Shown: positions 8,860 to 17,271 of the stretch, one piece after another
Numbering within the stretch: position 1 is the stretch's first letter
How the letters are laid out: every line of letters begins with the position of its first letter
From: Alphaproteobacteria bacterium
Lineage (GTDB): Bacteria > Pseudomonadota > Alphaproteobacteria > Rs-D84
DNA length: 64,000 nucleotides
NCBI GenBank assembly: GCA_017403085.1
Contig: JAFQOQ010000009.1
Span: forward strand, 2,096 to 66,095
Reading direction: 5' to 3'
Position numbers and translations under genes: made by a program
Notes under the pieces: model-generated
Told to the model about the DNA's origin: nothing
Database searches by the model: none
What the model saw: only the letters and a program-made list of their open reading frames with translations

Positions 8860-10210
8860 AGTTTCCGTTCCCCGACATTAGACATTGCTTGATATCAATT
8901 CTTTTTTCCAATCTTTGCCAATATACATATTGACAGATTATATACTGAGACAATGACGCCGCATTATACGAGCCTTCTAAATCAGCAATCACAGATTTAC
9001 AATCTATGGTTTTTCCGTCATCTGATTTTGGGTCACTTAAAATTTCAAACGCAGAATTGTTGATTCCAGACACCAAAACATCTGGCAACAATGATGTTCC
9101 CGCCGGTCTGATATCCAATATCACCGCGCCCGTATCACCATCATTAAGCGCAGTTGATGTTTGATCACGCATAGTAATATTTGACGCGTACAAATAAGCA
9201 ACATTTATACCGCTGTTTGAACTGTATTCAAGTGTATCTGCATCTATATACACATCCTGGCCGCGCGTTGCGTTCAAATGCGACGTGATATCCAAGCGTT
9301 CAACACTAAAATTTATCTTGTCTGCCACCAGATTTCCACGAACATTCCACTGACCCGGTCCCGTGAAAGATGTACGCCCAGCAGTCATTGTAAAATCATA
9401 GACCGATACATCTTGGGCCGTGAAATTCCCACCATCGCCAAACTTTGATACGGTTTTTGCATTTACAGAATCTGCGTATAGCACACCGCGCGACAAAGAC
9501 AGTGCAGATGCACCATCATGACTTTGAAATACTGCCTTGGCCGTGGTAATTAAATCAATTGTATTGCGAATTTTACGACCAGATTCAACACCAGATATGG
9601 AAAGCGTATTAAACTGGCCCGAATCAAATACACCTTTTGCAGCAAAAACATTACCACCGTTATCCAACACAAAACCACCCATATCTAAATTTGTTAAGAA
9701 ACCGCTGTTGTCCAGGTCCGGTTCGTTACGTCTGACGATGTCTGAATAAATATCCTGTAATTCTATTCCAATGCGCACATTTTGTTCGTCGGTCACACTG
9801 GCACTAAAACCAATACGCCGCGCCAACTCTGCAATTTCTAGTTCAGATAAATCACCACCACTTAGTTCTAAATACGCCGTAAGTGACATTGGGGTTCTGT
9901 GAATTATTAACGCAATATCCTGGCCCAATGCGGTATGCGGAACAAAACCCAACGGCAGACCGTATGGTTCCAATGTGTCACCAAACGCATTGCCAACAAT
10001 CCTGGTTGTGTCGTACGCCAGATTGTTAATATTTTCACGCACAAATATTTTTGCCGCTGTTTGGGCGGTTTCGACTTGTTTTGTTGTACTGAACATTCGC
10101 GCATCAGTATTGCGCGCCGCCATACGTGTCGCTAAAAACGGCACAAACGCAAAAACCAGAGTCAATGCCAATAATGCCTGTAATAAAAAATTCCCGCGCT
10201 GTTGGTGCAA
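8852..10210 (-). CDS. Giant pilin-like protein P1 (PilV/shufflon-N-like, inferred)
   Basis: TTG start 9 nt after AGGAGG. MHQQRG|NFLLQALLALTLVFAFVPF. YGLPLGF box. IVRRNEPDLDNSGFLTNLDMGGFVLDN box. Cys-rich C-terminal tail. Confidence 0.7.
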   Translation of the reverse strand: MHQQRGNFLLQALLALTLVFAFVPFLATRMAARNTDARMFSTTKQVETAQTAAKIFVRENINNLAYDTTRIVGNAFGDTLEPYGLPLGFVPHTALGQDIALIIHRTPMSLTAYLELSGGDLSELEIAELARRIGFSASVTDEQNVRIGIELQDIYSDIVRRNEPDLDNSGFLTNLDMGGFVLDNGGNVFAAKGVFDSGQFNTLSISGVESGRKIRNTIDLITTAKAVFQSHDGASALSLSRGVLYADSVNAKTVSKFGDGGNFTAQDVSVYDFTMTAGRTSFTGPGQWNVRGNLVADKINFSVERLDITSHLNATRGQDVYIDADTLEYSSNSGINVAYLYASNITMRDQTSTALNDGDTGAVILDIRPAGTSLLPDVLVSGINNSAFEILSDPKSDDGKTIDCKSVIADLEGSYNAASLSQYIICQYVYWQRLEKRIDIKQCLMSGNGNCG

Positions 10211-10356
10211 ATGTTAGCCCCTCCTACAGGAATCAGGATAGCAATTGAAAAAAAATATTGCAATCAGTTTTAAGATGCTTTAATATCCAAATTGTTAGTA
10301 AGCGATAACAGTAAGAATATTGTTATTTGGGTTAATTTCCTGTAAAAAGAAATACA

Positions 10357-10659
10357 ATGCAAAATAAAAAAAATCAATCCTCTGTCGGACAGATGATTCA
10401 ACGTTGCCATAAATGGCGTCAAAAAAGAAAACAATTCATCGACCAGGCACGTCAGACATCTGATGAAATTGAACGCGAACGCTTGTTGCAGGCCGCAGAA
10501 CATTATGGTCGCATCGTAAATGCAGAACAGGTGAAAATAGATTCTGTGCGAGATCCAAAGGAAAAAGCCGTGGCAGAAGTTGAAAACGCGCCAGAGACAA
10601 CGGAAAACACCGACGAAGAAGATACAGGGTTTCCAGACTTTATCACAAATTTGAAGTAG
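10357..10659 (+). CDS. DUF4167-like small basic/acidic protein
   Basis: RERLLQAAEHYGRIV resembles the AEHY motif of alphaproteobacterial DUF4167 proteins (from memory). Preferred over the antisense ORF 10270..10674. Confidence 0.5.
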   Translation: MQNKKNQSSVGQMIQRCHKWRQKRKQFIDQARQTSDEIERERLLQAAEHYGRIVNAEQVKIDSVRDPKEKAVAEVENAPETTENTDEEDTGFPDFITNLK

Positions 10660-10741
10660 TAAATAACGCGTCAATCGACGCGTTTTATTTGTTGAAATTT
10701 ATACGTGTTTTGCTATGCTGAGAACAAAGGAAGTTTTTAGC

Positions 10742-12304
10742 ATGGATACGAATTATACTGTTTTAGCCCGCAAATATCGCAGCCAAGATTTTAAAAGCCT
10801 TATCGGGCAAGACGTTTTGGTAAAAACATTAACAACTGCAATTAACACATCACGTATTGCGCACGCATATATTTTTACCGGTATTCGCGGGACAGGAAAA
10901 ACCAGTACAGCACGTATTTTGGCCAAGGCCTTGAACTGTCTGTCGTCAGACAAGGCGACCGCATCACCATGTGGGACGTGCGAAAATTGTCGCGCAATTG
11001 CCGCAGGCCAGCATATTGACGTTATGGAAATTGACGCGGCGTCACATACGGGCGTTGATAATATGCGCGATATTCTTGATGCGGCGCAATACCGCCCAAC
11101 AAATGGCCGGTACAAAGTATATATTATCGACGAAGTTCATATGTTATCAACCAGCGCATTTAATGCGTTGTTAAAAACATTGGAAGAACCACCTGCACAT
11201 GTTATTTTCATATTGGCAACAACAGAAATTCGCAAGGTTCCAGTGACAATCTTGTCACGTTGCCAGCGATTTGATTTGGTTCGCGTTCCGGTCGATACAC
11301 TGAAAAAACATTTCGCATGGATTGCGGACCAGGAACAGGTTCAATTATCTGATGCAGCAAACGAATTATTGGCACGTGCGGCAGACGGTTCTGTTCGCGA
11401 TGGATTATCTTTGCTGGACCAGGCAATTGCGCAAACCGGTGGCAATGTTGATGAAGCCGCCGTTCTGGATATGCTTAAACGCGCAGACCGTGGTGTCGTT
11501 GTAGATTTTATGAAGACATTACTGTCTGGTGACGTGGCGGCGGCATTGGACAAGGCAGATACCATATATAACAATGGCGCAGATTTGTCTATGTTGCTGA
11601 CCGACATGATGGAATGGACGCATTGGGCAACACGCATGCACCCAAGTTTGCATGCGGGCGATGTCCAAAATTCACCATACACGGCCGATCAACGGGATCA
11701 GATTTATGATATTATTTCTAAAGTTTCACTGAACGTACTGTCACGCATATGGCAAGTCATGGTCGCATCTGTTTCTGAAATGCAGGCATCCAGCAATCAA
11801 AAACAATGTTTCGATATGCTGGTTGTGCGTCTGATGCATATTGCTGATATGCCATCTGTGCCAGAAATATTGAAGCAGCAGGAATCTGCAAATCGCGCAC
11901 AGTCTGTAAAGAATATCTTGGCCGACCGTATGGCCCAGCCCGCAGCCGAGGCGACACCCATAGCTACAACGTGCGTTATTACATCATCGGGTGATTTGGC
12001 ATGTGCGCTGCAAACAAATAAAGAAATACTGTTGTATTCTTATTACAGCAGCAATATCGAAGTCGCAGAATTTTCAGATGGAAAGATTAAGTACTTTGAC
12101 CGTAAGGGCGACCCAGATTTTGCACATAAATTGTCTGTATGGCTGATGGATAAAACGGGACACGCATGGACACTGGAACGTGTGACGGAATCTGTTAATG
12201 CACACACAGTCAGCGAACAAAAACAAGAAGAACTAGAAGCAGATCCACTGGTTGCCAGTGCGATGAGCCTGTTTGAAAATGCAGAAATAGTTGGGGTGAA
12301 ATAA
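10742..12304 (+). CDS. dnaX: DNA polymerase III subunit gamma/tau
   Basis: GIRGTGKTS Walker A, CGTCENC zinc module, YIIDEVHMLS box. ATG at 10742 is preceded by AAGGAA; an alternative ATG lies at 10715. Confidence 0.93.
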   Translation: MDTNYTVLARKYRSQDFKSLIGQDVLVKTLTTAINTSRIAHAYIFTGIRGTGKTSTARILAKALNCLSSDKATASPCGTCENCRAIAAGQHIDVMEIDAASHTGVDNMRDILDAAQYRPTNGRYKVYIIDEVHMLSTSAFNALLKTLEEPPAHVIFILATTEIRKVPVTILSRCQRFDLVRVPVDTLKKHFAWIADQEQVQLSDAANELLARAADGSVRDGLSLLDQAIAQTGGNVDEAAVLDMLKRADRGVVVDFMKTLLSGDVAAALDKADTIYNNGADLSMLLTDMMEWTHWATRMHPSLHAGDVQNSPYTADQRDQIYDIISKVSLNVLSRIWQVMVASVSEMQASSNQKQCFDMLVVRLMHIADMPSVPEILKQQESANRAQSVKNILADRMAQPAAEATPIATTCVITSSGDLACALQTNKEILLYSYYSSNIEVAEFSDGKIKYFDRKGDPDFAHKLSVWLMDKTGHAWTLERVTESVNAHTVSEQKQEELEADPLVASAMSLFENAEIVGVK

Positions 12305-12762
12305 TGAAGACAGAATCGGGACGTTCTTTAATCGAAGTTATTGGGGTATTGGCAATTGCGGGCATCATGACCGCGGGCGCCATTGGTGGATATAACATTA
12401 TTCGAAAAAGCCAAACACGCACAATTGCAACCACACAAATAAAACAAATTGCCCAAGATGCAAAAATGCTGATGGAAATGCGCGGCTCTTATGAAGGGAT
12501 ATCTATTGATTACCTTATCAAAGCTGGCGCATTAAATTCAAACGTGGCACCAATTGGTGGGGATGCATGGTCCGTTGTGTCCAGTGTAGATGGCGCGTCG
12601 TTCTCGATAAATCTGGTCGATTTAACCCAAAGCGAATGTGACTATTTTACTGCGACAAAGCCAGAGTGGGCAGCCGCAGTTTTAGTTAATGGGTATGAGG
12701 CAAATAATGCGGACGCATGCTTTGAGTCTGCAACAAATCAGGTATCGTTTATCATAGAATAA
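12304..12762 (+). CDS. Type IV pilin-like protein
   Basis: MKTESG|RSLIEVIGVLAIAGIMTAGAIGGY (Gly -1, Glu +5, hydrophobic helix). C-terminal C-x26-C pair. ATG overlaps the dnaX stop (TAATG). Confidence 0.7.
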   Translation: MKTESGRSLIEVIGVLAIAGIMTAGAIGGYNIIRKSQTRTIATTQIKQIAQDAKMLMEMRGSYEGISIDYLIKAGALNSNVAPIGGDAWSVVSSVDGASFSINLVDLTQSECDYFTATKPEWAAAVLVNGYEANNADACFESATNQVSFIIE

Positions 12763-13452
12763 ATGGAACAAGTAAAAATTTGTTTTATAGGGTTCTTGTT
12801 ATGCGCGCTGGGGGCGTGTATGCCATATCACAGTCCAAATCGTGCAACATGGCACACGTATTTAAATGGTGCCAGTTTTACAGACATGACGGAAATATCA
12901 CGTGTTGCAAAGCGACCTGTGTATCTGGGGGCGGGTGGCACATTGGTGACAGCAACCGCAGGCACAGATGCGCCAGCCACCATGGCGTATGGCGACAAGA
13001 TTTCAAACGACAATGCAATCGCAACAAATTATATGGCGAATTTAGAATTCGCGCTGTATGACGCCCTGCGCAAGCCAGGAATATCGGTTCAGCGCGCCGG
13101 CACAGATGTCGTTGTAATATTGGTGCGCGATGCGGTTATGGAATTAAATGTCGCAGACATATCTGAAACTGGTGACGACACACTGAAAACAATTGCAAAA
13201 ATATTAAATAAGTATGACGCAACCTTTATAGAAATCGCTGGATACACCGACGCAATGCGGGACGCAAATGCGGCGCACGCACTATCTATGGACATGGCAC
13301 AACGCGTTGCAGTTCATATGGCCCAGCATGATATTAATACGGCACGTATGTTCATTGTTGGACGTGGGGCCGCGCGCCCAATCGCCGCCCAAGATGACAT
13401 TGGACGTCTGACCAACCGTCGGATAGAATTACGTATTGCGCCGGCACGATAA
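12763..13452 (+). CDS. OmpA-domain lipoprotein
   Basis: Lipobox LGAC. C-terminal OmpA/MotB motif GYTD..NxxLSxxRA..NRRIELRI. ATG directly abuts the pilin stop. Confidence 0.8.
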   Translation: MEQVKICFIGFLLCALGACMPYHSPNRATWHTYLNGASFTDMTEISRVAKRPVYLGAGGTLVTATAGTDAPATMAYGDKISNDNAIATNYMANLEFALYDALRKPGISVQRAGTDVVVILVRDAVMELNVADISETGDDTLKTIAKILNKYDATFIEIAGYTDAMRDANAAHALSMDMAQRVAVHMAQHDINTARMFIVGRGAARPIAAQDDIGRLTNRRIELRIAPAR

Positions 13453-13518
13453 CTTTCTCTTTTACTTTCTGTTTTTTCTTGCTATAGTCCAATTACTAAA
13501 CAAAAAAAGGACGGAAAA

Positions 13519-14184
13519 ATGGTAAAAAAATCAACAGAAACACCAGTTGTAAAAAACTATAAAAAGACCGGCATTATTGCGGCCATTGTTATCGCAGTTG
13601 CGGCGTTGGGCGTTTGGGCGGTATCTGCACTGAATTCTAATGGCGGCGCATCAGTTGATGAAGCAATGGAAGTTGTTTCAACAGATGCAGTTAATGCCGC
13701 AGATATGCGTATCGCGGTTATTCATATGGATGTGATTCAAAATGATGCCAAGGCTTTGCAAGATTTGCGCAAACAGAAAGAATCGTATGAATCAAAACTG
13801 CGCGATGAATTGACACGCGAACAGAAAGATTTAGAAGCAGAAAAAGCAGAAATCGAAAAATCTCAGGATGTGTTGTCGCGTGATGCGCTGCAACGTCGTG
13901 TTGTCGATTATCAAAACAAGGTCGCAAAATTACAACGTGATTTGACAGAACGCGCACAGAGCATTGAAATGTCTTATCAAAAGGCATTAAATGAAATTCA
14001 GGCAAAACATCTGGACCCAATTATCGAAGGCATTATCGACAAGAAAGATTTGTCATTGGTAATCGATGGCCGCTTTGCACGCACGGGCGCAAATGCAGAA
14101 GGTCTGAATATCACAAACGAAGTTGTTAAGGCGTTGGATAAGAAAGTATCAAGCGCAAAAATGGAAAAGCCAAAAGGCTTTTAA
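13519..14184 (+). CDS. OmpH/Skp-like periplasmic chaperone
   Basis: N-terminal anchor or signal, long coiled-coil K/E/Q-rich core typical of the OmpH family. AAGGA SD. Confidence 0.6.
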   Translation: MVKKSTETPVVKNYKKTGIIAAIVIAVAALGVWAVSALNSNGGASVDEAMEVVSTDAVNAADMRIAVIHMDVIQNDAKALQDLRKQKESYESKLRDELTREQKDLEAEKAEIEKSQDVLSRDALQRRVVDYQNKVAKLQRDLTERAQSIEMSYQKALNEIQAKHLDPIIEGIIDKKDLSLVIDGRFARTGANAEGLNITNEVVKALDKKVSSAKMEKPKGF

Positions 14185-14202
14185 GCAAATTAAATAAAAA
14201 TA

Positions 14203-14228
14203 AACCGCCCCAAATGGGGCGGTTTTTA
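14203..14228. terminator. Bidirectional intrinsic terminator
   Basis: ACCGCCCC-AAAT-GGGGCGGT followed by TTTTT, between convergent genes. Confidence 0.75.
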
Positions 14229-14525
14229 TTATGGTAGCGGGACACCAGACGTGGCGTCACCCATAACCTGGTCGATTATGGCGTCGGCCTTGCGCTTGGC
14301 ATCCAGATAGGCCGCCATGACCACACGTTCGACCGCAGATGCGCCCTGGGCGACGACATCTGGACTGATGGATATTTTAACCATATCATATTTGCCGGTC
14401 ATATCGACAATGCATGCGCCACTGTCGGCAATGCCCTTGACAGTTGTTTTTGCCAACTGTTCCTGTGCGGCAGCGACTTTGTTTTGTAATTCGGCCGCCT
14501 GTGCCATCAATGTATTCATATCCAT
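14229..14525 (-). CDS. ybaB: YbaB/EbfC nucleoid-associated protein
   Basis: 98 aa. MAQAAELQNKV..Q..L....V.G....G.V.V...G pattern typical of the YbaB family. Confidence 0.85.
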   Translation of the reverse strand: MDMNTLMAQAAELQNKVAAAQEQLAKTTVKGIADSGACIVDMTGKYDMVKISISPDVVAQGASAVERVVMAAYLDAKRKADAIIDQVMGDATSGVPLP

Positions 14526-14543
14526 TGCTGTACCCCTGCCCTT

Positions 14544-14909
14544 TTATTTTTGTTTTTTATTTTCAATATGCAACAGTTGAAATGCACCAACAGGCACACC
14601 CATTATTTTTGCCGACAGTGGCGTCAATTGCATGCGAGGCAAAATTTCTTCGTTCGCATAGCGGGTTGCTTGGTCGTGTGATTCAAACTGCTTGTCAGAA
14701 GATACAACTGGCATGACACGCCGCGCACCAGATGGCGCAATATCCAGTTTCGTCATACAAAAGTAATAATTCCCAGTTCTGGAATTTCGGGCAATTTGAG
14801 GAAAAAAGTTTTCTTGCATCCATTCACGTAATACGGGAATATCACTGACATCCCACGATAAGTGGGATGCCCATTCTTTGTCCGTCCATTTTAATTGTTC
14901 TGGGGTCAT
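14544..14909 (-). CDS. Hypothetical protein
   Basis: 121-aa ORF starting 3 nt after the pnp stop. No motif recognised. Confidence 0.5.
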   Translation of the reverse strand: MTPEQLKWTDKEWASHLSWDVSDIPVLREWMQENFFPQIARNSRTGNYYFCMTKLDIAPSGARRVMPVVSSDKQFESHDQATRYANEEILPRMQLTPLSAKIMGVPVGAFQLLHIENKKQK

Positions 14910-14912
14910 GTA

Positions 14913-17084
14913 TTACTCCTTTACAATTTCTGCGCCTGTTTTTTGATCAATGCCGACCATGGACATGCGGGTTTTACCGCGCTTGTCTGCGCCCAAATAA
15001 CGGACATAAACTGTGTCGCCTTCTTTGATTTTTGTATCTTCGATTTTCGCAATGCGTTCGCCTGTGATTTCAGAAATATGAACCATGGCTTCGAACCCAT
15101 TTAAAATCTTTACAAATAAACCAAAATCTTTCATCCCAGATACAGTGCCTTTGTAAATTTGGCCAACTTCTGGTTCGGCAACAATATCTTTGATGCGCGC
15201 AATTGCGGCGTCTGCATCTTCTTTGCTGACCGCCATGATTTTGATAGAACCGTCATCTGCCAAATCAATCTGGGTATTTGTTTCGCGGGTCAAGGCCTGG
15301 ATAACACTGCCACCCTTGCCGATAACTTCGCGAACCTTGTCTGGATTGATTTTCATAGAATACGCCTGGGGTGCATACTCTGACACATTTGCGCGTGGCT
15401 TTTTAATCGCCTTTTCAATCTTGCCCAAGATGTGCATACGGCCATCTTTTGCCTGGGCCAATGCGCGTTCCATGATTTCAAATGTGATAGATGTGATTTT
15501 AATATCCATCTGCAGGGCAGTGACACCTTGGTCTGTACCAGTCACCTTGAAATCCATATCGCCCAGGTGGTCTTCGTCACCCAAAATGTCTGTCAGAATT
15601 GCGTAATCATCGCCTTCTTTAATCAGACCCATTGCGATACCTGCAACCGGGCGTTTCATTGGAACGCCACCGTCCATCATTGCCAATGTTGCGCCACATG
15701 TTGTCGCCATTGATGATGAACCGTTTGATTCCAAGATATCTGAAACGATACGAATTACATAATCAAATTCGCTGCGACTTGGCACCATTGGATGCACCGC
15801 GCGCCACGCCAAATTACCATGACCGATTTCACGGCGACCCGGGGATTTTAATCCTTTGCATTCGCCAACAGAATAGCCTGGGAAATTATAGTTCAAGATA
15901 AAGTCGCGTTCTTCGGCACCATCCAAGGATTCAATTGGCAGTGCGTCTTTGCCACCGCCCAATGTCAAGGATACCAGCGCCTGGGTTTCACCACGTGTAA
16001 ATAATGCAGAACCGTGTGCGCGTGGCAGAACGCCTAATTCAATTTCAATTGGACGCACGGTCTTGTTATCACGGCCGTCAATACGTGGTTTGCCCGCCAA
16101 AATGTTGCCGCGCATGATGCGTGCAGTTATATTTTCAATAACTTCATCTGCCCATGATTCCAAGGTAGATGTCGCACGAACAGATTCTGGGAATAATTCT
16201 GGGATGCGTGCCTTGGCATCTGCATGAATGGACGCCAACGTTTCCAGACGTGTCAATTTTTCTTTGATTTGCAGTGCAGATTCAATCGCAGGCGCAAAAG
16301 ATTCAAAGTTTTCTTCCATTGCGATTTGTTCAGCAGTCTTTTCTGGTGTTGCCCAGCGTTCTTTGCCGGCTTGGGCCGCCAATTCGTTGATTGCCGCAAT
16401 AACTGCCTGTTGTGCATCAAAACCAAATTTTACCGCGCCCAAAACAGTTGCTTCGTCCAGTTCGCCAATTTCTGATTCAACCATCAATACGCCGTCTTTG
16501 GTTGCAGCAACAACCAAATCCATTTCAGATTCTTCAACCGCCTTTTTTGATGGATTTAAAACATACTGGCCATCCATGTATCCAACACGCGCCGCACCAA
16601 TTGGGCCCTGAAATGGAACACCGCTTAATGCCAATGCCGCAGATGACGCAATCATCGCCAAGATGTCAGGCTGGTTCTTTTTATCGTATGAAAATACCTG
16701 GGCAATAATTTGGACCTTGTTCTTGAAAGTTTCTGGGAACAATGGACGAATAGGACGGTCAATCAAACGTGCAGTCAATGTTTCTGCGGTTGATGCCTTG
16801 CCTTCGCGACGATCGCGAGAACCAGGAATACGGCCAGCAGACGCAAACTTTTCTTGGTAATCAACCGTCAAAGGAAAGAAATCCTGACCTTCGACCGCAG
16901 ATTTTTCCGCACAAACCGTTGCCAAAACCATTGTGCCACCCATTGTTGCCAATACAGAACCATTTGCCTGTTTCGCCATACGACCAGTTTCCAGGCGCAG
17001 TGTTTCATCACCGTATGGAATTTCAACAGCAATCGGATTGTTCAGATGAGTTTTTTCATCCTTGTTAAATAAACCAAATAACAT
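14913..17084 (-). CDS. pnp: Polynucleotide phosphorylase
   Basis: 723 aa with two RNase PH-like halves, then KH and S1 domains at the C-terminus (GQIYKGTVSGMKDFGLFV). Confidence 0.97.
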   Translation of the reverse strand: MLFGLFNKDEKTHLNNPIAVEIPYGDETLRLETGRMAKQANGSVLATMGGTMVLATVCAEKSAVEGQDFFPLTVDYQEKFASAGRIPGSRDRREGKASTAETLTARLIDRPIRPLFPETFKNKVQIIAQVFSYDKKNQPDILAMIASSAALALSGVPFQGPIGAARVGYMDGQYVLNPSKKAVEESEMDLVVAATKDGVLMVESEIGELDEATVLGAVKFGFDAQQAVIAAINELAAQAGKERWATPEKTAEQIAMEENFESFAPAIESALQIKEKLTRLETLASIHADAKARIPELFPESVRATSTLESWADEVIENITARIMRGNILAGKPRIDGRDNKTVRPIEIELGVLPRAHGSALFTRGETQALVSLTLGGGKDALPIESLDGAEERDFILNYNFPGYSVGECKGLKSPGRREIGHGNLAWRAVHPMVPSRSEFDYVIRIVSDILESNGSSSMATTCGATLAMMDGGVPMKRPVAGIAMGLIKEGDDYAILTDILGDEDHLGDMDFKVTGTDQGVTALQMDIKITSITFEIMERALAQAKDGRMHILGKIEKAIKKPRANVSEYAPQAYSMKINPDKVREVIGKGGSVIQALTRETNTQIDLADDGSIKIMAVSKEDADAAIARIKDIVAEPEVGQIYKGTVSGMKDFGLFVKILNGFEAMVHISEITGERIAKIEDTKIKEGDTVYVRYLGADKRGKTRMSMVGIDQKTGAEIVKE

Positions 17085-17116
17085 TAGTTTTCTCCATTTT
17101 TAATTGTTTTGATTTT

Positions 17117-17181
17117 GCGAAGAAAAATCATTCATTTATGCGTTCCGCACCAAGCGCATAAAAGAACAATTTCATCTTCGC
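17117..17181 (-). promoter_or_regulatory. Long imperfect hairpin in the pnp 5' leader
   Basis: GCGAAGA at 17117-17123 pairs with TCTTCGC at 17175-17181. Inner ATGCG/CGCAT stem. Lies between the putative promoter and the pnp ATG. Confidence 0.5.
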
Positions 17182-17188
17182 CACGTGA

Positions 17189-17216
17189 ATTATAAAATAT
17201 ATTTGGGGCTTTGCAA
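17189..17216 (-). promoter_or_regulatory. Putative sigma-70 promoter of pnp
   Basis: Minus strand reads TTGCAA (17216-17211), 16 nt, TATAAT (17194-17189). Confidence 0.45.
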
Positions 17217-17241
17217 GCCAAGAATAAAAATCAAGGGCAGT

Positions 17242-17270
17242 AAAAAAAATCCCCCAAACGGGGGATTTTT
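17242..17270 (-). terminator. Bidirectional intrinsic terminator after the TPR gene
   Basis: AAAAAAAATCCCCC-AAAC-GGGGGATTTTT. Confidence 0.7.
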
Positions 17271-17271
17271 C

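Noticed and set aside
6338-10210. Shufflon-type DNA inversion system
   Set aside because: I considered this because of the PilV-like boxes. I saw no Rci-type recombinase gene and no conserved inverted 19-bp crossover repeats between the C-terminal segments. The three genes are complete, co-oriented paralogues.
10270-10674. 134-aa minus-strand ORF opposite the DUF4167-like gene
   Set aside because: The plus-strand product carries the AEHY-type motif and a sensible charged composition. The minus product is Cys/Phe/Leu-rich with no start context.
11290-11320. Programmed -1 frameshift site in dnaX
   Set aside because: The only A-rich run (CTGAAAAAACAT) is not the A-AAA-AAG heptamer. It lies far too early (about codon 190) to yield a gamma-like product.
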